Below the pieces are notes generated by a model. The model ran no database searches, was not told the origin of the DNA, and saw nothing but the letters and a program-made list of their open reading frames with translations. From the NCBI RefSeq assembly GCF_030144855.1, contig NC_082718.1, positions 109,616,001 to 109,680,000 on the forward strand: DNA of 64,000 bases, in the 5' to 3' direction. The translations under genes and the position numbers were made by a program. Shown here in pieces: positions 12,950 to 24,300 of this stretch. Positions within the stretch are counted from its first letter, which is position 1, and every line of letters starts with the position of its first letter. The DNA comes from Hypanus sabinus. Lineage: Eukaryota.

Positions 12950-13744
12950 CTGTAGTGAAGAGCCAACGACTAGAACTGCATCAGACTCAGCCACACGTTC
13001 ATGGACAAAATTCACTTTCTCTTTGTTCACTGTGTCTCCAAAAAAGGTGACATCAGGTTTCAGGATTCCACCACAGTTCTTGCATGTCGGAACATTAAAG
13101 TGTTTGACTTGCTCATTGGCAAAGAAAACATTTCCATCTGGAGCTATTTGATGTACTTCTTCAAGCCAAGCTGGATTCAGAGCTGCAAATTCTTCTTGAA
13201 GGCGACTCCTAGCGGTTGTCTCCCCACAGCCAAGACAAATCACTCTGTGAGTACAGCCGTGAAGTTCTATCAGGTTCCGGCTTCCCGCCTTTGTATGCAA
13301 TGCATCCACATTCTGGGTCACCAACCAATGCAGTTTTCCCATTGTCTCCCATTTACTTAGAGCTCTGTGTGCATCATTTACCTGGCGAGAACTAAATTGT
13401 GGCCAGCCAACATAATTTTGTGCCCAGTATCTCTGTCTGCCCTCAGCACTGCGGACAAATTCAGAGTGTTGAATGGGGCGTCTTGCCTTCCGAGCATAAA
13501 GTCCTACATTTTCAGAGCGATAATCGGGAATACCTGACTCCGTCGACACTCCTGCTCCAGTTAGCACAAACAGTTTCTTGGACCGTAAGAGAAATTCCTG
13601 AAGATCCTCAAACTCAATGGCATCCAAAGGAAGGCAAGAAGGAACAAATGAAAAATTAGAAGCAATGGCAGAACAGTAGTTCTTGCAGATTTGTTTCAAG
13701 AAGCAGCATTTCTCTACAGCTGGGAAAGTGGTCAGAAACCGCAT
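12950..13744 (-). CDS. SIRT4: SIRT4 main coding exon (265 codons): NAD-dependent mitochondrial deacylase/lipoamidase, class II sirtuin
   Basis: [27 protein letters not shown], two CxxC zinc pairs, [14 protein letters not shown]; acceptor 'tttatttctag' directly before ATG; donor CAG|GTGAGT after 12950. Confidence 0.97.
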
Positions 13745-13944
13745 CTAGAAATAAACGCATGCAGAATCACTTTTTTTCTAAATAGTTTCTAAAAAAAAGA
13801 ATAAATATCTGTGTATTTAGGACAAAGAATCAAAGTTAAGGCCTCAAAAGCCAGGAGAAATTTATACAAAGCGATGTCTCAGTGCAAAGGAAGAATTTGA
13901 TTGATCAGTAGCTGGGATCTTTTTTTGTTGTTTGAATCAGGATA

Positions 13945-14030
13945 TGTCTCAGCCCAATATGTCAACTGAACTAATTTCTATAGATGCTGCCAGGCCTGCT
14001 GAGTTCATTCAGCATTTTGTGTGTACTGCT
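13945..14030 (+). mobile_element. Penelope-derived short element fragment
   Basis: 'tctcagcccaatatgtcaactg...atagatgctgccaggcctgctgagttc..agcattttgtg'. Confidence 0.65.
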
Positions 14031-15217
14031 CAGGGTAAATCCTACTTATTTCATCCACATGTTATTTTTGATCTGATAAGACTCTCCTAATCGCTGTTGC
14101 CTTAATTCTAATAGCTCTTTTAAAGGTTTTGTATTTAACTAAATTAGTTTATAGTTTTGGGGTTTTAATTTAAATAATTTATTGCTTGATGAAGTTTACA
14201 TTAAAGCTTGAAAACATTTACGTATAATGCAAGCCCTCCAGAACATATAAAGTCACTTTGCACCATCCCTTATCTCTATTGTCCTTTTAAGCACTTCCAT
14301 CCTTTATTCTGATAGCTGCATCAGCTGAATTGAATTGTACAGCTTTAAATGAAGACCATAATCAGCCACAATGGCTTCAGGAGAGATACATTAAGAAAAA
14401 ATCCTCATGATCTCAATGGAAAGGAAGGGATGGTGATTTCATATTTTCCTTGTCATTCAGATTAAAGAACCTTATTTATTCTAGCTACTGTCATTTTGGA
14501 AAATTGGACTAAAGCGATATTCCTAAAATGCAATTGTTTTATTTTTGTTCTTTAACTTTACTCATATTGACATGGGAGGGCACTCCACCTTGTCCAATGC
14601 ACTTCCTGTGACATATAATAGCACAAGATGTTTCTACTTTTGAAAAACCACAATATTGTCAGCTGGAAGAGATCAAACTCTGGTTTCACGGCTTGAGCAG
14701 GAATTGGCACCCCTCCAATGCACACACGAGGCTATGAGTCTGTAGTCTGAGGGACAACTGCTGAGTGACTACCACACAGACAAGGAGATCTAAGCTGGTG
14801 GTGTGGAATCCTTCCAGTGCAACTCATGCAGGTGGTGATTATTCTTCAAACACAGAAAATGGATGGATATGGGTATGTGCAGGCAGAAGAGATTATTTAG
14901 TTGAGTATTTAAATACTAGTTGAATCAGTTTCTCAACATCATGGTTGAAGGACCTGTTCCTGTGATTGGTGGTTTGCAATCGGAAGCAAGGGTGTGCCCA
15001 AAATGGAGGCCATCAATATTTACAGCAGTAGATGGTGTGCAAGTCAACTGGGTTTTATCCTTGATCATGTTAAGCAGCTTCACGTTCACTAGTGTAGTGG
15101 AGAATATTCTGGCATCCCTGATATGCCTGAAAGGTCCTGGGAGGCAGGAGTTAAATCACTTTCCAGTACATAACTTGATTCCAAAGATGCTCCCGCAGAC
15201 ACACTATTTATTTTAGG

Positions 15218-15280
15218 ACACACACAAAATGCTGGAGGAACTCAGCAGGCCAGGCAGCATCTATGAAACAGACGACATTT
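15218..15280 (-). mobile_element. Left part of a Penelope-derived element split by CR1 (remainder at ~17010-17035)
   Basis: 'cacaaaatgctggaggaactcagcaggccaggcagcatctatg..gacgacattt' resumes as 'ccttcaccaggactgg' after the CR1. Confidence 0.65.
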
Positions 15281-17009
15281 TATAGACAGTAGGTGCAGGA
15301 GTAGGCCATTTGGCATTTCGAGCCAGCACCGCCATTCACTGTGATCATGGCTGATCATACACAATCAGTACCCCGTTCCTGCCCTCTCCACATATCCTTT
15401 GACTCTGCTATCTTTAACAGCTCTATCTAATTTTCTTGAAAGCATCCAGAGAATTGGTCTCCACTGCCTTCTGAGGCAGAGCATTCCACAGATCCACAAC
15501 TCTCCGGGCGAAAAAGTTTTTCCTCAACTCCGTTTTAAATGGCCTACCCCTTATTCTTAAACTGTGGCCTCTGGTTCTGGACTCCCCCAACATCGGGCGG
15601 GAACATGTTTCCTGCCTCTAGTGTGTCCAATCCCTTAATAATCTTATATGTTTCAATCAGATCCCCTCTCATCCTTCTAAATTCCAGTGTATACAAGCCT
15701 AGTCACTCCAATCTTTCAACATATGACAGTCCTGCCATCCCGGGAATTAACCTCATGAACATACGCTGCATTCCCTCAATGTCTTTCCTCAAATTTGGAG
15801 ATCAAAACTGCACATAATACTCCAGGTGTAGTCTTACCAGGGCTCGGTACAACTCCAGAAGGACCTCTTTGCTCCTATACTCAACTCCCCTTGTTATGAA
15901 GGCCAACATGCCATTAGCTTTCATCACTACCTGCTGTACGGGCATGCTTACTTTCAGTGACTGAAGAACAAGGACACCTAGATCTCGTTGTACTTCCCCT
16001 TTTCCTAACTTGACACCATTCAGACAGTAATCTGCCTTCCTGTTCTTGCCACCAAAGTGGATAACCTCAAATTTATCCACATTAAACTGCATCTGCCCAC
16101 TCACCCTACCTGTCCAAGTCACCCTGCATTCTCATAACATCCTCCTGACATTTCACACTGCCACCCAGCTTTGTGTCATCTGCAAATTTGCTAATGTTAC
16201 TTTTATCCCTTCATCTAAATCATTAATGTATATTGTAGATAGCTATGGTCCCAATACCAAGTCTTGCACTACCCTACTAGTCACAGCCTGCCATTCTGAA
16301 AGGGAGCCATTAATCCCTACTCTGTTTCCTGTCTGCCAACCAATTTTCTATCCATGTCAGTACCCTTACCCCCAATACCATGTGCTCTAATTTTGCCCAC
16401 TAATCTCCTATGTGGGACCTTATCAAAGGCTTTCTGAAAGTCCAGGTACACTACACCCACTGGCTCTCCCTTGTCCATTTTCATTGTTACATATTCAAAA
16501 AATTCCAAGATTAGTCAAGCATGGTTTCCCCTTCGTAAGTCCATGCCGACTCAGACTGATTCTGTTACTGCTATCCAAATGCACCGTTATTTCATCTTTT
16601 ATCATTGACTCCAGCATCTTTCCCACCACTGATGTCAGGCTAACTGGTCTATAATTCCCTGTTTTCTCTCTCCCTCCTTTCTTTAAGTGGGAAAACATTA
16701 GCTACCCTCCAATTCACAGGAACTGATCCTGAATCTATAGAACATTGGAAAAAGATTATTAATGCGTCCACTATTTCTGGAACCACCCAGCCACACTGGG
16801 ATGCAGACCGGATATCTGGGGATTTATCAGCCTTCAGTCCCATCAGTCTACCCAACACCATTTTCTGCCTAATGTGAATTTCCTTCAGTTCCTCCGTTGT
16901 CCTCTGGCCACTATTACACCTGGGAGATTGTTTGTGTCTTCCCTAATGAAGACAAATCCAAAGTACCTGTTCAACTCGTCTGCCATTTCCTTGTTCCCCA
17001 TAATAAATT
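15281..17009 (-). mobile_element. CR1 LINE, 5'-truncated, RT fragments
   Basis: ORFs with GNYRPVSLTSVVGK, VVYLDFQKAFDKVPH, QMQFNVDK.EVIHFG, LYRALVR.HLEY. Confidence 0.93.
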
Positions 17010-17543
17010 GACCCAACTTCCTTCACCAGGACTGGAAAACACTATTTGTGCAGCCAACCTCTGGTGTCCAGAACAATTTCCTTGGCTGTTCAAGGCGGAG
17101 TGATTCAGTGGTGATAATGCTATTAAATGGGAGCGATGATTAAGTGAGCGGCCTTTGCCTGTCTCTCCGGGATTGCTTGCTTGCTTGTAAATTTTACAGG
17201 TTCTACCGTGGCTGGTGAACTCAATCCGCGAACTCTTCCACAGATGGCAGCTGGCTAGTTTGTGAGGTGTTGTGTTCCTTTCTGAGACCTATTTGCCCTC
17301 CCAATGCATGCCTTCAAATTCTCATTGCCACCCCAAATGATTGCTAGCAGCCCCTTCCCCTAAACTCATCCATCGTAAACCTATGACCAAGCCTTGTCGG
17401 TTCTGATTACATAACCAAAATATATTCTTTCTGACCGCTGTAACAACAGCTTTAAAGTCAGATTAAGTGACATGCTCTCTCCCTCTCTCTCTCCAGAGAC
17501 CGATGAGCAGCACAACCCTTCTCCACAACCGTTAGAAACTGAC

Positions 17544-17640
17544 CTTCGCGAGTGGCGACCTCCGACCAGCTGAGAACCGAAGCTGCAAGACCATAAACAC
17601 TACAACTTCCAGCATCCACCGCGACGTCGAGCTCGCTCGG
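17544..17640 (-). other. SIRT4: Putative SIRT4 exon 1 (5' UTR, with in-frame ATGs at 17615 and 17594)
   Basis: CpG-rich; donor AAG|GTCAGT after 17544; nearest CpG island upstream of the coding exon. TSS not determined. Confidence 0.65.
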
Positions 17641-17689
17641 CCGTTGTCATTCGCCGAATGGTTTGAATCACGTGACGTCCTGCCAACCA

Positions 17690-17823
17690 GTGGAAGGTCA
17701 CCCTCTGGAGGGGCCGCTGGGAAATCTGAGGTATGGCGCCTGCGGTTGCCGGTTGCTGATGAGGCCGGCAGATCGTTGAAAGCGCCTCAGAAGAATCGAG
17801 GAAATCTGAGGACGCGGGACTGG
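17690..17823 (+). other. CTU1: Putative non-coding exon 1 of CTU1
   Basis: Donors GAG|GTATGG (17731) and TGG|GTGAGT (17824); the CTU1 ATG exon starts with an acceptor, and I saw no other non-TE CpG island between here and 39552. Confidence 0.6.
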
Positions 17824-17840
17824 GTGAGTAAGTAGGGGTC

Positions 17841-18043
17841 ACAAACAAGAGAAGATCTGCAGATCTGGAAATCCGAGCAGCACACACGAAATGCTGAAGG
17901 AACTTAGCAGGCCAGACAGCATCTATGGAAAAGAGTATAGCCGGCATTTCGGGCCGTGACCCTTCAGCAGGATTCGGCCCAACACATCGACTGTACTCTT
18001 TTCCATAGATGCTCCCTGGTCTGCTGAGTTTCTCTAGCATTTT
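17841..18043. mobile_element. Palindromic Penelope-derived element flanked by a 13-bp direct repeat
   Basis: Inverted arms ~17889-17956 and ~17975-18043; TGAGTAAGTAGGG at 17825-17837 and 18043-18055. Confidence 0.8.
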
Positions 18044-18656
18044 GAGTAAGTAGGGAGCCTAGATTTGTAAATTTGTGATCCTTTCATCTCTAAATGTTAA
18101 ATAAAGTTGATGTTGCATCCAATTTGCCACGTGGAAACGCTAAGAAAGGTTTAACATGACTACTCAGTCATTGAGAGCGCCTCACGTGTGTATTCCCAGC
18201 CATCAGGAACCACGGTTCCAGATTGGCCTACTGTTGGCTTCTTTACTAGAAAGAACCATGCCTGTCTTGGCCAGAAGAGACAGGTATTAGTTAATTGTAA
18301 CAAAACGTTACATGGCCTTCATTTCAATGGGAATTTGAAGAGATTTAATATGTCACCAAAGGCTAGCAAATTTCTGCTGATGTACCGTGGAAAGCATTTT
18401 AACTGATTGGGCCCTCCATAGTGGATGATGATGCAGTGGACAGAATGGGAAAAATCTGCTAATCACAGGCACTAGCCTCCCCAGCATCAAGAATATATTC
18501 AAAAGACAGTGTCTCATAAAGATGGCATCATCATGAAGGACTCCCTGCCCCCATTCTCATGGCTTCATTACAACCGTCAGAGATTAGCTGAGGTTTCATG
18601 GAAATAGTTTTTAAAAAAGTATTAAAAGACACTATCATTTTGGTGAGTAACTGGCT

Positions 18657-21236
18657 ATAAGATGTAGGAGCAGAATTAGACCATTTGACCCATCAAGTCT
18701 TCTCTACCATTTCATCATGGCTGATACATTTTCCACAGCTACCTGTGGCAACAATTCCTCATAGACCTGATTTTATTCTCACAAATCAATGAATATGTTG
18801 TATTTTTAAAAATCACTCCCTACTTGTACATAGTTTTCTCCTTTTGCTTGTTCTTTCTTTCCTCTCTTTTCTATAAGTGTATACCTCAGAAAAACATTAT
18901 GTGGAGATTAGTGGCAAATGTGAATATATGATATATATGTACAGTATTGAAATACATCTTGTGGAAATGTTTGATGATGAACTTCAATAAAAAATAAATT
19001 ACAAAAAAATACAGATAAATTCCACAGATTCACCACTCTGTCTAAAGTTCTATTCTGCGGCTGGGTCCTCTGGCCTTAGACACTCCCACCACAGGAAACA
19101 TCCACTCCTATCAATGCCATTTGATAGGCTTCAATGAGGTCACCCCTCATTTTTCTGAATTCCAGTGAATGCAGGCCCAGAGTCATCAAACACTCTTCAT
19201 ATGACAGGCCATTCAATCCTGGAATCATTTTCATGAATTTCCTCCAGTTTCAGCACTTCCTTTCTAAGATAAGGGGCCCAAAACTGCTTACAATACTCCA
19301 AGTGAGGCCACACCAGTACTTTATAAAGTTTAAACATAACATCCTTGTTTTTATATTCTGGTCCTTTCGAAATGAATGCTAACATTGCATTTCCCTTCCT
19401 TATCACAGACTCGATCTGCAAATTAATCTTTAGCGAATCCTGCAAAAGAACTCCTAAGTCCCTTTGTACCTCAGCTTTTTCTATTTTCTCTCCATTTAGA
19501 AAATAGTCAATCCTTTCATTTCTTCTAGCAAAGTACACTTCCTGACACTGTTTCCATCTGCCATTTCTTTGCCCATTATCCTAGTCCAAATCCTTCTATA
19601 GCCTCTCTACTTCCTCAAAATTACCTGCCCTCGACCTCAGAGCTATCAGTTCCACCATTCAAATCATTGACATGTAACGTAAAAAGAATCAGTCCCAACA
19701 CAGACCCCTGTGGAACACCTCTAGTCACCAGCAGCCAACCAGAAATGGCTCCCTTTATTCCCAATCATTGCCTTTGCCAATCAGCTACTTGCTTTATCCA
19801 TGCTAGAATATTTCCTGTAATACCATGGGCTCATAGCTTGTAAGCAGCCTCGTGTGGCACATTCTCAAAGGCCTTCGGGAAATCCAAGTACACAACATCA
19901 ACCAGTTCTCCTTTGTCTATCCTGCTTGTTATTTCTTCAAAGAATTCCAAGAGATTTGTCGCATGATTTTCCCTTGAGGAAACCATGCTAACTATGGCCT
20001 ATTTTATCATGTGCCTTCAAGTACCCTGAGACCTCATCATGCCTCTCTCCCTTCTTGAAGAGCGGAGTGACATTTAAAAATTTCCAGTCTTCTGGACCCA
20101 TTCCAGAATCTAATGATTCTTGAAAGATCATTACTTCTGCTACTTCTTTCAGAACTCCTTACTGTACACCAAGTGATTTATCTACCTTTAGACCTTTCAG
20201 TTTCCCAAGAACCTTCTCTAGTTATGGTAACTTCACACATTTCATGCCCTCTGGTATCTGGAACTTCCACTATACTGCTAGTGTCTTCCACCATGAAGAC
20301 TGTTCATCCACCATTCTGTTGTCTCCCCCCCCCCCCCCCCCCCCGATTACTACCTATCCGGCATTGTTTTCCAGAGGTCTGATGTCCACTCTCGTCTCTC
20401 TTTTACATTTTATGTACTTGAACAAACTTCTTGTATCCTCTTTAATATTGTTGGCTAACTTACTTTTGTATTCCATCTTTACCTTAATTACTTTTAGTTG
20501 TCTTCTGAACTTTCTTTAAAATACTCTTCCCTTTCCTCTTTCCTTTAAAATACTTATCCCTCTTTAAGATGTATATATCCTGTACCTTCTAAATTGCTTC
20601 TAGAAATTCCAGCCATTGCTGCTCTGTCATCATCCTTGTCAGTGTCATTTTCCAGTCATTTCTAGCCTAATCCTATCTCGTGCCTCTGTTGTTCCCCTTA
20701 CTCCATTATAATACTCATACGTCTGACTTTGGCTGTTCCTTCTGGAATTTCAGAGTGAATTCAATCATATTATGAACACGTCCCACTGAGGGTTCTTTTC
20801 CCTGAAGCTCTCTGATCAATTCTGGTACATTGCACAATGCTCAATCCAGAATAGCTGATCCCCTAGTGGGCTCATCTACAAGCTGCTCTAAAATGCCATC
20901 TTGTAGGTACTCTAGAAATGTCCCCTCCTGTAATCCAGCACCAACCTGATTTTCCCAAACTACCTGCATATTGAAATCCCCATGACTATTGTAGCATTGC
21001 CCTTTTGGCCTGTGTTTTCTATCTCCTGTTGCAATTTGGAGACCACATCCTTACGACTGATTGCAGATCTGTATACAGCTCCCATCAGGATATTTTTACC
21101 CTTGCAGTTCCTTAGCTCTATCCACAATGATTCAACATCTTCTGATCCTATTTCAACTCTTTCTAATGATATGATTTCATTTTTTACCAACAGAGTAACA
21201 CTGCGCCCGCTGCCTTCCTGTCTATCCTTTCGATAC
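18657..21236 (-). mobile_element. Decayed CR1 LINE (3' end to endonuclease domain)
   Basis: ORFs 19197-19538 (QRDLGV..LYKVLVWPHLEYC) and 20960-21250 (RKDR..ESLWIELRN..GAVYR). Confidence 0.9.
18766..19010 (+). mobile_element. Poly(A)-tailed LINE 3' end (L1/Tx1-like) inserted in the CR1
   Basis: Interrupts CR1 sequence; ends 'tcaataaaaaataaattacaaaaaaa'. Confidence 0.5.
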
Positions 21237-21372
21237 AGACAGACAGACATACTTTATTGATACTGAGGGAAATTGGGTTTCGTTACAGTCACACCAACCA
21301 AGAATAGTGTAGAAATATAGCAATATAAAACAATAAATAATTAAATAATAAGTAAATATTGCCAAGTGGAAA
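21237..21372 (-). mobile_element. Rex1/Babar-type 3' tail
   Basis: Minus strand ends 'aatttccctcagtatcaataaagtatg(tctg)n', like the tail at ~5130-5170. Confidence 0.65.
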
Positions 21373-24300
21373 ACTGCCCACTCGCAGTTCTAGGCAGGGG
21401 ACCCACAATGTCCACAATGACTTGGGAAAAAGGTTCCCCAAAAGCAGTTGAAGGGGTGCCATAGGGATAACCTGATTTGGCTTTCCTACCACCTGACACG
21501 TGTGACACCTTCTACAATAGTCGATAATATCCTTCCTCATGTTAGGCCAGTAAAAGTCTCTCATAACTCTATCTACTGTTTTCCTCACTCCAAATGTCCA
21601 CCTAGGGGTATCTTATGGGCCAGGTTCAAAATTTTGTCCTGATAAACCTTCGGAACCACCACCTGGTGTACCACTGCCCAGTCCTCATCTGCCGGTACGG
21701 TGATCGGCCTCCACTTTCTCATTAATACTCCGTCCTTCATATAGTAGCCCACTGGTTCCTTCTTAATTCCCACTTCAGAGAGAGCTGTCTCCTTCAACGC
21801 CACAAGCTCCTCATCCCGTCTCTGCTCCTTTATAAGTTCCTTCCTCGCTAATGGTAAGTCCACCTCCTCTTCCTTACTTCCCTTAGCTCCACAATCCTCT
21901 TTCTTCTCATCCTTTAACCCCTCCTGGTGCAAGGCTGGGAAAAATATCTCCGCTAAATCAACGCCGGACTCAGTTAAATTTGTGCCTGTCTCAGCCGCTT
22001 TTCTCGACATGCTGCTAGTTACTGCGCAGGCAGGATAATGGGCGGGTCCTCAGCACTTACAGGCTTGCTCGTCAGCTTCACTGCTGAGTACACATCCCCA
22101 CCTGCAAGATCATTACTGAGTAAGACATTCACATCACGTATCGGGAGTGCAGACCGCACTCTGATCGTGACTGGTCTGGATACCAACTCACACTTCAAAA
22201 AGATTTTATGCACCGGCACTGCCTCAGTCCCTTTTCCAACCCCTTCTATCATACGTCACTGGTCTCAGTCTCAGCACTAAAGTCCAACACACTGCTTAGG
22301 ATTAGGGACTGAAAAGCCCCAGTATCTCTCCAGATTTTCACTGGCACTGGGGTTGACCCCTCCTTCACAGATACCAACCCAGTCAAAAGAAAATTCTCCC
22401 ATCCCTCCTGAACTCAGCTTGGCTCCTCCTCCTTCTTCTTTAGTGACATTTCAGTTGGCTTAATGCAGGTGGTTGGGGTTGGTGCCTTTCCTTTCCATGT
22501 CTCTTTCTTCGGAGCCAGGTACTTAGATGCTATGTGACCAGCTTTCCCACAATTTTAACATGTAAAGCTGGGAAACTTCCTGCCAGCCTGCTTTTCCTCC
22601 TCCTTACCCTTTCCACTAGTCCCGGACTTATTCTCTGATTTTGCCGGTGGGCTTTCTCAACCAACCCTACTACCCCTCTGGTAGCTCTTATTTGGGGGAA
22701 ATTTTATCTTATGGGTTAAGGCATACTCGTCTGCTAACTTGGCAGTCGCAGACAGAGTCACTGCCTCCTTCTTGTCCAAATATGTCTTCATACCCTCAGG
22801 GACGCAACTTTTAAACTGCTCAATCAGCATCAGCTGTTTTAATTTGTCCAGATCCTCACTGGCACCTTTTGAAGCGCACCAACGCTCAAAATACATGTGC
22901 ATTTCACGGGCAAACTCTAAATATGTGCGCCCCACGGCTTTCTCAAATTCCGGAACTTCTGCCGGTATGCCTCTGGAACCAACTCGTAACTCCTCATTAT
23001 AGCCCTTTTTACTTCATCATAATCTTTGGCCTCATCCATAGACAATGCTGAATAGGCTTGCTGAGCCTTTCCCTTTAAGAACACTCTGTAACAGAACAGC
23101 CCACTTCTCCTTAGGCCAGTCCTGATTCATAGCAACTTTCTCAAAATAGAGGAAGTACCTATCGACATCCATCTCCTCGAATGGGGGTACCAACTTAACC
23201 TCCTGATCAATCTTGAACCCCCTGTTTGGGTCCACCACGTGTCTCCCTGCCTGCAATGCTCGTAACCTATCCATCTCATACTGCCTTTCTTTCTCCCTTT
23301 CCTCAGCCTCCAGCTTCCATACTCGGAATTCATGCTCCCTTTTCCTTTCCTCCTCCTCCTTTAATCTCTCCATCTGAAGCTGAAGATCAACCCCACTAGG
23401 TTTACTCTCGGGAAACATCTGCTCCTCTTCAGAAAACATCCCCTCAGATACATAGGGGTCAACTATGGCTCTCTGTATCTCCGACTTCCTCATTGCCGGT
23501 TTCACCCTCACAAGTTTCAACTGTTCCGCAATATTTAACAATTCCAACTTTATGGCATCCCCAATGTCTCCGAAGTTGGTTCCCTCTGAACTTGTCAATC
23601 TCTATTTCTGCTGTTTACCTGTATTTCCCACACACCAAATCAGATAAGGGAATTTACCCTGATCAATTCAACAACCTCCCAGTTTGACGTTCAAAATCCC
23701 AGATAGAGGCCCCAATATGTTACGTACCCCATGACTGGGTTATCAAACTAGCAGGATTGGAATGATACATTGGAGTCTGGTGGTACTGTAACTAAAGGTG
23801 TTTATTAGTAAACTAAGTAATACAGTATCAAAAATGCAAATATACGTATAAAACAGGTTAGCAATGATAAATACAGAAGTGTAGGAATAAGAATCAAAAC
23901 CAAGCTCTATCGTAGTCTAGGGGTAAATGAATAGTCTTAAGATAATGTAGAGTTCAGTTCAGTTTGGGTTGAGGTAGTTGCTGTTGTTGTAAAGGGGGTT
24001 TCTTCTTTGTTCTTTGTTACTGTGTATGTAATCAAAAGGGCTTCTTTGTTTTGTTAAAAGCAGGAATGCTGCTTTGTTGCGAGGGAGTGCTGGAAGCTTG
24101 TTTGGGTTAAAATTTATTGATAACGAGAATTGTATTCCTTTGTAAACCAAATGGGGATTAATGTTCTTCTGAGTCTGTAAGCTTTTATTGACGGGCTTTT
24201 GGGCAGATCGGCGCGAGGGGGTGGAGAGAGAGGACGCAATGCCGTAAACTGGGCGAGGAACGGACCCTAAGCGGGGGTCTGAGGCCAGGAGGTACTCCGA

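Larger units (their letters stand above)
17500..17840. promoter_or_regulatory. Small CpG island: probable bidirectional SIRT4/CTU1 promoter with overlapping E-box and CRE-like site (TCACGTGACGTC, 17668-17679)
   Basis: High CpG density in a CpG-depleted background; outward-facing splice donors on both strands. Confidence 0.75.

Noticed and set aside
12890-13744. SIRT4 ORF as a processed or truncated pseudogene
   Set aside because: The ORF tail (VSGGDY...) is intron read-through; a canonical donor follows 12950 and an intact last exon lies at 8264-8112
17600-18040. 146-aa minus-strand ORF
   Set aside because: Spans a repeat and the CpG island; no protein features
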